Positions 26,579 to 35,424 of a DNA stretch of 64,000 bases are shown here, in pieces. Every line of letters begins with the position of its first letter. The stretch's first letter is position 1. A program made the translations under genes and the position numbers. Below the pieces are notes generated by a model, which searched no databases, was not told the origin of the DNA, and saw only the letters and a program-made list of their open reading frames with translations. This DNA is from a virus (lineage: Duplodnaviria > Caudoviricetes), in IMG/VR virus record IMGVR_UViG_643692013_000008, positions 43,573 to 107,572 of that record; one strand, given 5' to 3'.

Positions 26579-27385
26579 TCAGTCCTGAAAGGCCCATTGG
26601 GGCAAAGAGATGAGGGAAATATCGCGCGAGTAGCCGGGCCACTCGTTAGCTGCCGAGCAGCGTGCGTAGGTGGCGAGGTTGCGTCGGTAGTCCGCGCGGC
26701 CTTGCTCGAGCGAAATCTGGTCGAGCATCACGGCACTGGCCGCGTAGGGCCATTCCGTCTCGACTGCGACGAAAATGAACGCAGCGACGTCCAGGCCGGA
26801 CGCAGCGGCATATCCGTCCGTGTAGTACGCCGCCTGGACGTGATAGCGCTTGCGTGCGGCCTGGCGACGGAATTCGTCGGGGTCAGCGCTACTGAACGTC
26901 TTCACGTCGAGCAGCACCACGGACGTGTTGTCGAGGTCATGCGCGAAGTCGGGCCGGCAACGGCACTCGACACCCGTCTCGGGATCGGTCCAGAATGCCG
27001 ACACTTCAGCGTGGCCGCGGGACAGTGCATCGCGCACGTCAGGTAGCGCGCGAACCGAATCCGATTGACGCCATGCGACGTCGGCTTGGTCCTGCTGGAT
27101 CGCAATGCGGTCCGGATGAGCTTCGACGAACTCCGTCCACACCTTCGTGTTCCGGCGCACGCTCGGGCCGATGACGTAGCGCTTGCCGAACTCGTCAGGC
27201 TCGAGGATCGCGCAATGCGCAAGCTGGCCCTCCAGTTGCCCAGACTTCGTCTCGCGCGCCGGCCGGTTGGGATCGCGGTGCCGCGCATAGAAATGGAACG
27301 GAGACACGTCGATGTCATCCAGCTGCGACTTGCTCACCGGCGCCATGGCGTGATACGCCTCGATCGACAGGTTGTATTCGAGCAT
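26579..27385 (-). CDS. RecE/ExoVIII-like PD-(D/E)XK exonuclease (DUF3799)
   Basis: YH....SKSQL; CRCRPD; DVKT; YHVQAAYY. Confidence 0.88.
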   Translation of the reverse strand: MLEYNLSIEAYHAMAPVSKSQLDDIDVSPFHFYARHRDPNRPARETKSGQLEGQLAHCAILEPDEFGKRYVIGPSVRRNTKVWTEFVEAHPDRIAIQQDQADVAWRQSDSVRALPDVRDALSRGHAEVSAFWTDPETGVECRCRPDFAHDLDNTSVVLLDVKTFSSADPDEFRRQAARKRYHVQAAYYTDGYAAASGLDVAAFIFVAVETEWPYAASAVMLDQISLEQGRADYRRNLATYARCSAANEWPGYSRDISLISLPQWAFQD

Positions 27386-27558
27386 CACGCCACCTTCGCA
27401 GACGTGGGTTGAATGGGTTGCGGCGCCGACTCGTGCGACACACCGAGATTCGGCAGCACGAGCCAGAGGAACAGGAGCAGTGCGAGCGCAGCGGTAATGC
27501 CGAGCCAGAGCGCGACGAGCTGCGCGACGTTGCGCGCGGTGGTGCGAAGACGGTTCAC
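27385..27558 (-). CDS. Small membrane protein
   Basis: GGAGG RBS, GTG start, TM helix. Confidence 0.6.
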   Translation of the reverse strand: MNRLRTTARNVAQLVALWLGITAALALLLFLWLVLPNLGVSHESAPQPIQPTSAKVA

Positions 27559-27698
27559 AGCCAGCCTCCCGCGCGAAGTTGCACGCCGAGATACCATCCG
27601 AGGCCAATCACGACGCCGTAGCCGATCGCGAACAGCCACGCGAGGCCGCGGTTCACGCGCGCGGCTGCCAGAAGGTCGTTGTCGTTGGCGATTCGCAT
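27555..27698 (-). CDS. Small membrane protein (47 aa, not in track)
   Basis: MRIANDND...LAWLFAIGYGVVIGLGWYLG; coupled to the next gene. Confidence 0.6.
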   Translation of the reverse strand: MRIANDNDLLAAARVNRGLAWLFAIGYGVVIGLGWYLGVQLRAGGWL

Positions 27699-27699
27699 C

Positions 27700-28059
27700 T
27701 CAGGCTCCTGCCTTCTCGAGCGCGGCTTGTGTCACCTCTATCGCACTCGTCATCAACTGGCCGACGAGACTGTTTTGATCGCCGTCGTCCATGTTGATGA
27801 CATAAACTTCGATAGCTTCATGCGCTTTGCGCAGAGCCTCGACCAGCTCCGGCGCGGCCGCGAATTGGCGCGCAAGCGAAATGGTTTCTTGGACCGCTGC
27901 ATCAAGCGCAGGTCCTATGCGTGTGCGCATATCAATCCAAGCCTCTCCGGGGAGCCTCGTTTCGTCTGGGCGACGCGCCCATACGGTCGCGACAAGCTCC
28001 CCGTCTTGATCCCAAACGCGCTCTTTCTCGGCGATCAACTGCTGCTTGCTCTCGCTCAT
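27700..28059 (-). CDS. Phage hypothetical protein
   Basis: AAAPELVEAL motif common in phage early genes. Confidence 0.75.
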   Translation of the reverse strand: MSESKQQLIAEKERVWDQDGELVATVWARRPDETRLPGEAWIDMRTRIGPALDAAVQETISLARQFAAAPELVEALRKAHEAIEVYVINMDDGDQNSLVGQLMTSAIEVTQAALEKAGA

Positions 28060-28083
28060 AAATCCCCCGGTGGTGTCAGTTGG

Positions 28084-28221
28084 TCAGTCGTCGTTGAGCG
28101 CTTCGATCAACGTTTCGATCTCGTCGATGAGCGAACGCAGATCATCTTTCGTTTCTTCTTGCGATCGAGTCGTGTTTGAAAAGTAGTCCCGAACGGTTTC
28201 AATCAATTCGTCGTAGCTCAT
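28084..28221 (-). CDS. Small acidic helical protein
   Basis: AGGT RBS; MSYDELIETVRDYFS... Confidence 0.6.
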   Translation of the reverse strand: MSYDELIETVRDYFSNTTRSQEETKDDLRSLIDEIETLIEALNDD

Positions 28222-28234
28222 AGCTAACCTGTAT

Positions 28235-28310
28235 TCGAAAAAGGGAGGCGCCATACAGGCCGCCACCGAAGAACGCCGCGCAATCCGAGGGCCACGCGCG
28301 GCGCTGAGAG
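28235..28310 (-). ncRNA. Two-hairpin cis RNA element, copy 3
   Basis: Aligns end to end with 1603-1683, with three compensatory base-pair changes in stem 1. Confidence 0.65.
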
Positions 28311-28315
28311 TCGAT

Positions 28316-28447
28316 TCAGCCGCGGTGGTGTTCGTCGTTCTGAATGCGATTGATAGCTCGCATGCCGGACCAGCAGATCAGCCCGAGCACGCCAGCAATG
28401 AGCGCGAAGGCGCCAACGCACGCGAGGAATTCGTCGAGATCTGTCAT
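28316..28447 (-). CDS. Small membrane protein (43 aa, not in track)
   Basis: MTDLDEFLACVGAFALIAGVLGLICWSG; ATGA coupling. Confidence 0.55.
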   Translation of the reverse strand: MTDLDEFLACVGAFALIAGVLGLICWSGMRAINRIQNDEHHRG

Positions 28448-28791
28448 GATTCGTCGCGAAGTCTGACACCGCGGCGCGCTCTCGCCTCACGCGTCAGCCG
28501 GTCGTTTTCGTTGTCGATTTCTCGCTGCACGAGGACGGCGAACTGGTTCCACAGGAGCGCGCCGATCGCTTTGAGATTCGCGTCGCTATCGTCCCTCGTG
28601 AGCAGATCGAAGAGCTCGCGCTCGACGTCCGGACGCTCATCAAGCAGGTCGTACAGTTCGTGCGGCAGGATCTTCTTCGCGAGGTATTCGGCCAGCGCAT
28701 CGATGTCATCGTCCATCGCATCGTTGAACTGCGCGTGCTGGCGACCGATCACGAACTCGCCAAGGCTCTCGGTGTGAGTGAGCGGGCGCAT
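28444..28791 (-). CDS. Hypothetical protein
   Basis: GAGG RBS. Confidence 0.7.
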   Translation of the reverse strand: MRPLTHTESLGEFVIGRQHAQFNDAMDDDIDALAEYLAKKILPHELYDLLDERPDVERELFDLLTRDDSDANLKAIGALLWNQFAVLVQREIDNENDRLTREARARRGVRLRDES

Positions 28792-28792
28792 G

Positions 28793-29311
28793 TCAGCCTC
28801 GCGCCTCTTCAAGCGCCTCGATCGCTGCCTCGACGGCGCACTCCATCGCGATACGCTCCCCCTGCGCATACTCGGCAGGCAGACCGTGATCCCAGTTTTG
28901 TCGGTAGCTGCGCAACGCATCGATCGCAACATCAAACGCGTCGCGCTTCGACGCGCGGATCATGTCGTCGAGCCAGTCGATGCCGCTGTTGGGCACGCGC
29001 AGCGCGATCGCGGCGTAAGCACGGACGGACATCCCTGTCTGCGAGCAGTTGCCATTTCTTGATCCGTTGTAATCGCCCGCTGCTCGTGGAAACGCTGGGC
29101 CGCCGTCGGCCGGCTTGCTGAGGCCCTCAGGGATTTCGCCGAGGTTCTTGCGCGCGACTTCCCGGTGGAAGAAGTTCTGCGCGGTCAGCTTCATGTTGAT
29201 CGCGTCTTGGTTGAACTGGTCGGCGACCGGAAACTCGGCGATTGCGCGCAGAGTCGTCACGGCATCGACCGCCGGGTCGATGTGTTTGCTGCTCTCGTTG
29301 GTGGTGGTCAT
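28793..29311 (-). CDS. First gene of the pL operon, modular phage protein
   Basis: DGGPAFP...GMSVRAYAA motif. Confidence 0.7.
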   Translation of the reverse strand: MTTTNESSKHIDPAVDAVTTLRAIAEFPVADQFNQDAINMKLTAQNFFHREVARKNLGEIPEGLSKPADGGPAFPRAAGDYNGSRNGNCSQTGMSVRAYAAIALRVPNSGIDWLDDMIRASKRDAFDVAIDALRSYRQNWDHGLPAEYAQGERIAMECAVEAAIEALEEARG

Positions 29312-29331
29312 CGCTGCCTCGTGTCGGTGGT

Positions 29332-29383
29332 GTGAAGTGTCGCTACACAGGAACGAGTATAGCGATACTTCTCCACGTGTCGA
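29332..29383 (-). promoter_or_regulatory. pL promoter with two 17-bp operators
   Basis: TCGACA-16-TATACT on minus; GTGAAG-N5-CTACAC 29332-29348, GTATAG-N5-CTTCTC 29357-29373. Confidence 0.75.
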
Positions 29384-29460
29384 GCCTCGCTTCTCTTTTG
29401 AGCGCGATATGCGTGCGGCGCGACGGTCGCGCATCACATGGCGATGAGGAGGGAGCGAGG

Positions 29461-29488
29461 AAAGAAAAAGCCCCGCGCGGGGCGGGGC
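29461..29488 (-). terminator. Terminator of the cI operon
   Basis: GCCCCGC/GCGGGGC stem + TTTTTCTTT. Confidence 0.7.
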
Positions 29489-29517
29489 CTACCATTGCAA
29501 ATCGTCGGAAGATCAGT

Positions 29518-30186
29518 TCAGTGGCAGCGCGGTCGAAGCCGTCGCTCTACATCTTGGGAGGAAACCTTCGTTCGATAAACCTGCTGGACTTCGCCATACC
29601 AGGCGGAATAGTCAGATGCGGCAGCATGATTACTTTCAAGCGCTTCGCGCATTCTGTTCATCGCGACATTCTGCGGTACGCCGTTGTCGCGCCACGTGGT
29701 AGCTAAAGATACTATCCCTATCGCGAGATTGCACTTCTGCTGCTGCTCGCTGGGAAAGGATGGGATCCCTGAAGGCGCAGCGTCAGCGGCCAAGTTTGCG
29801 GCCTCCGGGCCACCGAGATAGCCGGCGCGCATATCGTCGATCACCGCCTTCAGAAGACTCCCGTCGCGCGGCCGAAATGTCTGTGGTCTTCCTCCATTAT
29901 AAATATCCACAAATTCGCAATTGGCTTCACACTCGATGTACATTGCCGTGCCGCCAGCAACCTCTAGCAATTGATGCTTTCCATTCGACACTCCGGAATA
30001 GCGGAAAAACACAACCTGTCCTGAATCGGCGTCGGTATAGCCATACATGCCATTCTTGACAAGGTCGTAGTGATAGGCTGTATGGATTGCCGACGATTCC
30101 GATTGATCTGATTTCGCATGCGATGCACCAGCGTAGAAAATTGCAAAAATTCCGATCAAAAGGCTACCTATCCTATTCTTTTTCAT
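29518..30186 (-). CDS. Exported accessory protein co-oriented downstream of cI
   Basis: Signal peptide ending ASHA; AT-rich; 22 bp after the cI stop. Confidence 0.75.
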   Translation of the reverse strand: MKKNRIGSLLIGIFAIFYAGASHAKSDQSESSAIHTAYHYDLVKNGMYGYTDADSGQVVFFRYSGVSNGKHQLLEVAGGTAMYIECEANCEFVDIYNGGRPQTFRPRDGSLLKAVIDDMRAGYLGGPEAANLAADAAPSGIPSFPSEQQQKCNLAIGIVSLATTWRDNGVPQNVAMNRMREALESNHAAASDYSAWYGEVQQVYRTKVSSQDVERRLRPRCH

Positions 30187-30208
30187 TCTGACTACCCCCG
30201 GAATGTTG

Positions 30209-30934
30209 TTAGAAATCCTCGCTCCGCCACACCTTCAGCACGCGGCCGAGCACCTCGAAATTCATCCGCGGCGTAATGTCCCATGTCTCGTAGCTTGCGT
30301 TCTCAGATCGAGCACGAAGCACGAGGCCGCCTTCAGTCGGGATACGTTGCAGCCGCTTTATAAATCCTTCCCCGTCGACGCGAAAGAAATAAATCGCATC
30401 ATACTCGACCAATTTGATCCCAACATCAATTATCAAAGGATCACCAGGATTAAACATTGGACGCATCGAATCGCCGAATCCGGTAACTACGCATAAGTTT
30501 TCGACCGAACTGTAATTCTTCAGATTTTTATTGATCCACTCATGGCTAACGCGGAGTGTCTCAATAATTCCCGGTTGATCTCTCAGTTCAATTCCGCTAC
30601 CCATGGCGCCGCCCGTGTCGAATCTGGAAATTTGGACGATATCAGATCGCAGGGGCGGCGCATCCAAGGTGTATCCATTATCTTCAGTAACCTCGTCATC
30701 GTCTGTAGGGGAGTCAGAACCGCCGATATCGTGGCGGCGTTCGCCACTTAACAAAAACGCGATCGACGTCTTCAAGATGCGCGCGAGGCGCGGCAACTTG
30801 TCTTGATCAGGCCGTGTGGCACCACGCTCCCAAGACGCCACTGCGCTCCTCGAGATGCCGAACATGTCGCCGACCTGTTGAAGGGTCAGTCCGTGCGCCA
30901 GGCGCTTTTCACGAATTCTCGAACCAATATCCAT
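30209..30934 (-). CDS. cI: CI repressor (XRE HTH + S24 peptidase)
   Basis: LTLQQVG..GISRSAVASWERG; GDSM Ser and IKRL Lys. Confidence 0.93.
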   Translation of the reverse strand: MDIGSRIREKRLAHGLTLQQVGDMFGISRSAVASWERGATRPDQDKLPRLARILKTSIAFLLSGERRHDIGGSDSPTDDDEVTEDNGYTLDAPPLRSDIVQISRFDTGGAMGSGIELRDQPGIIETLRVSHEWINKNLKNYSSVENLCVVTGFGDSMRPMFNPGDPLIIDVGIKLVEYDAIYFFRVDGEGFIKRLQRIPTEGGLVLRARSENASYETWDITPRMNFEVLGRVLKVWRSEDF

Positions 30935-30935
30935 A

Positions 30936-31001
30936 GTGCAGTAAAACTTAACACTTGCTTGTGTAGTGTTGCTTCGCCTATCATGTGTAGCAACCCTTCA
31001 C
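30936..31001. promoter_or_regulatory. OR: three 17-bp operators and pR
   Basis: GTGCAG-N5-CTTAAC 30936, GTGTAG-N5-CTTCGC 30961, GTGTAG-N5-CTTCAC 30985; TTGCTT-18-TATCAT. Confidence 0.8.
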
Positions 31002-31018
31002 ATACGAGGTGAAATGCC

Positions 31019-31300
31019 ATGGACGCAGAAGTCCACAACGACGAGCGCCAAGCCGAACTCAAGGACGCCGTGAAACAGGCCGGCGGCGCGTCCGCGCTTG
31101 CCGAGCATCTCGGCCTCTCGCGCGGCGCCATCTACGACTTCATCCGTCGCGGCAACTTCAACCCCGAGCACTGCCCGGAGATCGAGAAGTTCTCGCAGGG
31201 CAAGGTGAGGTGCGAGGTGCTAAACAACCGCGTCGACTGGGCCTTCATTCGCGCCGCCGACGCCGCCAAGGCCGACGCCGCGGCAGGGGTGGGCGTATGA
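31019..31300 (+). CDS. cro: Cro/YdaS-like repressor
   Basis: AGGASALAEHLGLSRGAIY; IEKFSQGKVRCEVL; divergent from cI. Confidence 0.85.
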   Translation: MDAEVHNDERQAELKDAVKQAGGASALAEHLGLSRGAIYDFIRRGNFNPEHCPEIEKFSQGKVRCEVLNNRVDWAFIRAADAAKADAAAGVGV

Positions 31301-31521
31301 GCGGCGTCCACTTCCTGTCTCGCGAAGAAGCAGCACGGATCCATGATCGGTGCCGCCCGCCCGAATACGTTCAGGTCCGCAGCATCACTGCTTCGTGGTT
31401 GGCGGGTCGAATGCTGCGATGGGCATACCCAGGAATTTCTCGACATCTCGAAGACGGGACGCCAGTTCTCGTAAAGCTTCCGGAGTCAGGGCAACTCCTA
31501 TTGCTAATTTCTGAGCGCTAG
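31297..31521 (+). CDS. Hypothetical protein; 3' half overlaps an antisense gene
   Basis: ATGA coupling to cro. Confidence 0.45.
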   Translation: MSGVHFLSREEAARIHDRCRPPEYVQVRSITASWLAGRMLRWAYPGISRHLEDGTPVLVKLPESGQLLLLISER

Positions 31522-31657
31522 GTCCGATCGACACGTTGCCTTCGATGACAGCGTCCTTCTCGTAGGGGTTGAAATGAATAGTTATCGGCGCATCAAGCCG
31601 GATCGCAATCGACAAGTCGCCCAGACGGGTCGACGGTTTGCTTTCGTCATCAGTCAC
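31385..31657 (-). CDS. Antisense accessory protein, 90 aa
   Basis: AAGGGGA RBS + GTG; TAGAAT -10 at 31701-31706. Confidence 0.6.
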   Translation of the reverse strand: MTDDESKPSTRLGDLSIAIRLDAPITIHFNPYEKDAVIEGNVSIGPSAQKLAIGVALTPEALRELASRLRDVEKFLGMPIAAFDPPTTKQ

Positions 31658-31749
31658 GGGAATCCCCTTGGTTGTGGGTTGAAAGGTTGTGGCGACCTCG
31701 ATTCTACGACTGGGCGGGATTCCCACCTCGACGCGGCGGGAGCGGCGGT

Positions 31750-31998
31750 ATGAAGCGCGCATACGCCCGACTCGTTCTGTTTCTGATTCGCCCAGCCCTG
31801 GTCGAGCTCGAGCGTGAGCGCCTCGCCGAAAGCTCCAGGTCCTTCGAGGAATGGTGCGCGCGACTTGCTGCCGAGACCGTTATCGACCGCGCATCGGATC
31901 CGCTTGGGATCCGTTCTACCGAAGCATATCGATCAGCCTTCTCGCGTGCGGCGAGAGGCGTTCTGACCAAGTTATCGGATTCGTCATGTTCCGGCTGA
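31750..31998 (+). CDS. Hypothetical protein
   Basis: GGGAG RBS; MKRAYARLVLFLIRPAL. Confidence 0.55.
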   Translation: MKRAYARLVLFLIRPALVELERERLAESSRSFEEWCARLAAETVIDRASDPLGIRSTEAYRSAFSRAARGVLTKLSDSSCSG

Positions 31999-32161
31999 CC
32001 GATTCGCGGGACTGCACCGCTGCGTTGAAGTGTTCCCTGAACACCTTTCGCTGTTCTGGCGTCTGCTGCCGGAGCACGACAGCCAAGGCCAGTTCCAAGA
32101 CATCTACCTGGGCCGATAGCGCGGCGATCTGCAGAGATTCTGGGGATCGATCTTCGTTCAT
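31916..32161 (-). CDS. Antisense accessory protein, 81 aa
   Basis: AAAGGAGG RBS; helical composition. Confidence 0.6.
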   Translation of the reverse strand: MNEDRSPESLQIAALSAQVDVLELALAVVLRQQTPEQRKVFREHFNAAVQSRESVSRNMTNPITWSERLSPHARRLIDMLR

Positions 32162-32241
32162 AGGAGCCTCCTTTCATGGGCTGGATTGACGTAGGGGTAC
32201 GCGATTCTGACATGGCTGGAGGCTCCTCCTTTTGACGGTCG

Positions 32242-32266
32242 GCCGGGCGTTTCCCGGCTTTTATTT
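32242..32266 (+). terminator. tR1-like terminator
   Basis: GCCGGG/CCCGGC stem + TTTTATTT. Confidence 0.65.
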
Positions 32267-32327
32267 CGCCCGCGCGCCAACTGGGTAGGCAAGTGGGTAC
32301 TCAACCGGGTCACGATTGATTTTTCGT

Positions 32328-32705
32328 ATGAAACAGACCGAATTCAGGATGTTCGCGCCGTGGGTTGATCCGGCCCGGCTGCCCGAGGCCGAGATCGAGG
32401 CGATGACGTTCGAAGAATGCCTCGCGGCTGCGCTGAAGATCGGCCTGCAGCGCTTCGATCGCAAAACGCTCGCGCGCTACTGCCGCATCCACTACCCACA
32501 CTTCGCAGACACGATCGCCGGCAAGCGGCCGTTCCACGCAGTGAAGCTGAACGACTTCTGCATGTTCACCGGCTGCGATTACCCGCGGCAGTGGCTCGAG
32601 ATCCAGGCTCGCCGGGCCGAGGAGCGCTACAGAAACCTGAGCCAAGCCGCGGTCGGCGACTACGTTCAGCAGCTCTTTGGCGCGCGCGCCCTGGTGGCAG
32701 CATGA
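32328..32705 (+). CDS. CII-like regulator
   Basis: Position between cro and replication; HTH-like segment. Confidence 0.55.
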   Translation: MKQTEFRMFAPWVDPARLPEAEIEAMTFEECLAAALKIGLQRFDRKTLARYCRIHYPHFADTIAGKRPFHAVKLNDFCMFTGCDYPRQWLEIQARRAEERYRNLSQAAVGDYVQQLFGARALVAA

Positions 32706-32911
32706 CGCTCACACACCTCTCGCCGCGCGACGTCGGCAAGCCCTTCGCGATCAAGCTCGGCCGGCCGATGGTCTACCAGGGCTTCGAGCGCGGTCATCAC
32801 CTGTTCATCTACCGCGACCCGCCGCGCGACCACGTCGCCTATCGTCCCGACGAGCTCTGGATGATCGAGCGCGTGCGCCCGGCGGCCGCGCCTGTTCTCC
32901 CGGAGGCATGA
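32702..32911 (+). CDS. Hypothetical protein
   Basis: ATGA coupling. Confidence 0.6.
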   Translation: MTLTHLSPRDVGKPFAIKLGRPMVYQGFERGHHLFIYRDPPRDHVAYRPDELWMIERVRPAAAPVLPEA

Positions 32912-32914
32912 ACC

Positions 32915-33007
32915 ATGGACCCGAAGATCATTGTCATCGCGGGCGCCGTCGGCGTGTTCGCAGCGCTTTGCGGCGCGCTCATGCGCGTGTTGCGGGGTCG
33001 GGCGTGA
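32915..33007 (+). CDS. 30-aa membrane peptide
   Basis: MDPKIIVIAGAVGVFAALCGALMR; coupled to the next gene. Confidence 0.45.
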   Translation: MDPKIIVIAGAVGVFAALCGALMRVLRGRA

Positions 33008-33180
33008 GCCGCTGGCAGCCGACCGAAGTGCAGATGCTGGTGCGCGAGACGCCGCGCGCGCGGTCCGCCGCGCACGTCTGCTGCCTGTTTCCCCGCCATT
33101 CCGAAGACGGCGTGCGTCGCAAGGCGTATCGCCTCGGCTTGCCGTGGCCGCGCGCGCGCCGCGCAGGAAAGAAATCATGA
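33004..33180 (+). CDS. Small Myb/HTH-like protein
   Basis: RWQPTE..L....PRHS..VRRKAYRLGL. Confidence 0.55.
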   Translation: MSRWQPTEVQMLVRETPRARSAAHVCCLFPRHSEDGVRRKAYRLGLPWPRARRAGKKS

Positions 33181-34208
33181 ACGACCTCCCGAATCCCCTC
33201 ACCCCGGCAGATTGCGACCTGCGCGATTTCCCGTTCATGCCGCTCGATGTGCAGCGGCTGTGCGACAGCGATCTCGCCGCGCTGGAATCGCCGGAAGCAT
33301 GCTGGGCCGCGCTGCTGCTCTGGAGTAAATCGTGGCACCAGGTGCCGGCTGCCAGCCTGCCGGACGACGACCGCGTGCTCGCCAAGTTCACCGGTTACCA
33401 GCGCGCACCCGCCGCATGGCAAGCGATCCGCGAAGGCGCGCTGCGCGGTTGGATCAAGTGCAGCGACGGCCGGCTCTATCACCCCGTCGTCGCCGAGAAG
33501 GCGAACGAGGGATGGTTCGCGAAGCACCGCCAGGCACACGACAAGCTCTGCGAGCGCGTGCGGAAGCGCAACAAGACGCGGGCCGAAGCCGGCCTAGTTC
33601 CGCTGGAAGTCCCTGAACTTGAACAGTGGATCGACGCCGGCTGTCCTCTGGAAAAGGCTTTGTTTCCTGAGGAATTTAGGACTGCTTCCGTCGGAAAGCC
33701 GGATGCTTCCACCGGAACGAAGAAAGATTTCCAGCGGAACGGCGACGGAATTCCGCCGGAAAACGCTCTTAAAGGAAAGGAAGGGAAGGGACAGGGAGAA
33801 GTAAACCCCAGTGGTTCTAGCACGCGCAGTACCGACAACCTCGCGGGCGAGCGTGTGAGACCCGGCGAATTGTCGGCCGCCATGCGCCGCCACAGCATCG
33901 AAGCGCAGCCCGGCGATCCGCGTGTGATCGCGGCTGCTGACGCTGGCGTGACGGTCGAGACGATCGAGGCTGCGTGCTTCGAGGCAAAGGCCTCGAAGCC
34001 GAATGAGCGCATCCCGGCCGCCTACGTGCTGTCGATCGCCACGCGCTGGACGGCCGACGCAACGAAGCCACCGGCTGCCCGCTCGCCGCAGCACCCTCCC
34101 CGCCAGACCCCCGAAGAGCGCCGCCGCGCGATCAGCGAGGCGAACGCAGCCGCATTCCTCGCCGGTGTCCCGACCGACGATCCCAACGTCATCGACATGG
34201 AGAGCTGA
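33177..34208 (+). CDS. Replication initiator, DUF1376/YdaU-like
   Basis: DFPFMPLDV.RL..S; SWHQVPAASLPDDD; DGRLYHPVV. Confidence 0.85.
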   Translation: MNDLPNPLTPADCDLRDFPFMPLDVQRLCDSDLAALESPEACWAALLLWSKSWHQVPAASLPDDDRVLAKFTGYQRAPAAWQAIREGALRGWIKCSDGRLYHPVVAEKANEGWFAKHRQAHDKLCERVRKRNKTRAEAGLVPLEVPELEQWIDAGCPLEKALFPEEFRTASVGKPDASTGTKKDFQRNGDGIPPENALKGKEGKGQGEVNPSGSSTRSTDNLAGERVRPGELSAAMRRHSIEAQPGDPRVIAAADAGVTVETIEAACFEAKASKPNERIPAAYVLSIATRWTADATKPPAARSPQHPPRQTPEERRRAISEANAAAFLAGVPTDDPNVIDMES

Positions 34209-34211
34209 CCC

Positions 34212-34955
34212 ATGAACGACCACGACAAGCGCGAATTCATGGCCGAGCTGAACCTCGCCTTCGAAGCCGCCCGCCAGCCACTGCCGAGCCCCCAGGTGCT
34301 CCGGCTGTTCTTCGACCGCCTGATGCCCTATCCGCTGCCGATGGTCGTGAACGCGATCCACCGGCACATCGACACGTGCGAGTTCGCCCCGACCCCCGCC
34401 GGCCTGCTCAAGCACCTCCCGAAGCCATCCGACGGCCGGCCCGGACCCGACGAAGCCTGGGCGATCGCCATCCGCAGCGCCGACGAGCGCGAGACGGTCG
34501 TGTGGACCCAGGAGATCGCCGAGGCCTGGACCATCGCGCAGCCCGTGTTCGACGGTGACGAGATCGGTGGCCGAATGGCCTTCAAGGACGCCTATACGCG
34601 CATTTGCGAGCGAAATCGGCAGCTTGGCGTGGCCCCGCAGTGGTCGGTGAGCCAGGGATTCGACGCCGAGCGACGCCTCGAAGTCGTCCAGCAAGCCGTG
34701 CAGGCCGGACGCCTCGCGCTGCCCCAGGCGCAGGCCGCTGTTCCCCTCCTGGCCGGGGAAAGCGATCCGGCACCAACTGTCGATGTCGAGGCGAATCTGG
34801 CGCGGTTGAAAGCGATGGTGGCGGGGATTGGGAGCGCGCGCGACCGTTCCGCCGCCCAGAAAGCGGCCCTCGCACGTGAGGGCGCCGAGGACCTGGCCGA
34901 CGCGAAGCGCGAGACGGCGCGGCGCGTGGCGGCTTACGAAGGAGCTCAGGCATGA
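34212..34955 (+). CDS. Replication accessory protein (helicase loader-like)
   Basis: FAPTPA...RPGPDEAW...RMAFKDAY; follows the initiator. Confidence 0.65.
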   Translation: MNDHDKREFMAELNLAFEAARQPLPSPQVLRLFFDRLMPYPLPMVVNAIHRHIDTCEFAPTPAGLLKHLPKPSDGRPGPDEAWAIAIRSADERETVVWTQEIAEAWTIAQPVFDGDEIGGRMAFKDAYTRICERNRQLGVAPQWSVSQGFDAERRLEVVQQAVQAGRLALPQAQAAVPLLAGESDPAPTVDVEANLARLKAMVAGIGSARDRSAAQKAALAREGAEDLADAKRETARRVAAYEGAQA

Positions 34956-35218
34956 ACTGCAAATCTGGGGATCTGGCGATTGTGGTGCATAGCCCATGGG
35001 CTCCCGAGAATATCGGGCGCGTTGTCCAAGTGGTACGTCGAAGGGTCGGAGAAAAACAAGGCCCTTCATGGCTTGTAAGGGCCGATCGAGTTTTGGTTGA
35101 GCGCTGGGAAGACGGCCGAGTCCGGATGGTGTACGAGCGTTTTTATCTCGATGCGTGTCTTCGCCCGATCGCGGGCATCCCCATGACCGACGACGTGACG
35201 GATGAGGTGACGACATGA
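34952..35218 (+). CDS. Hypothetical protein
   Basis: NCKSGDLAIV...D..LRPI family. Confidence 0.7.
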   Translation: MNCKSGDLAIVVHSPWAPENIGRVVQVVRRRVGEKQGPSWLVRADRVLVERWEDGRVRMVYERFYLDACLRPIAGIPMTDDVTDEVTT

Positions 35219-35424
35219 AGCGCGCCGCCATCCTCTGCGCTCTGCTGGCGCTGGCCGGCTGCGACCCACTCGCGAACAACCTGACCGGCAACGTGAAGGT
35301 CAGCGTGGTGACGGCTGACAACGGCGTGCCGTGCGTACTGGCCGTCGGCGGTGGTCAGGGCGGCCTCGCCATCTCGTGCGACTGGTCCGCGTCGCACGCT
35401 CCTTCGGTAGCGGTACCGCGATGA
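35215..35424 (+). CDS. Small lipoprotein
   Basis: Lipobox LAGC. Confidence 0.75.
   Translation: MKRAAILCALLALAGCDPLANNLTGNVKVSVVTADNGVPCVLAVGGGQGGLAISCDWSASHAPSVAVPR

Noticed and set aside
32282-32299. TGGGTA direct repeat as a CII box
   Set aside because: Period of 12 bp rather than 10, and no second copy noticed near int
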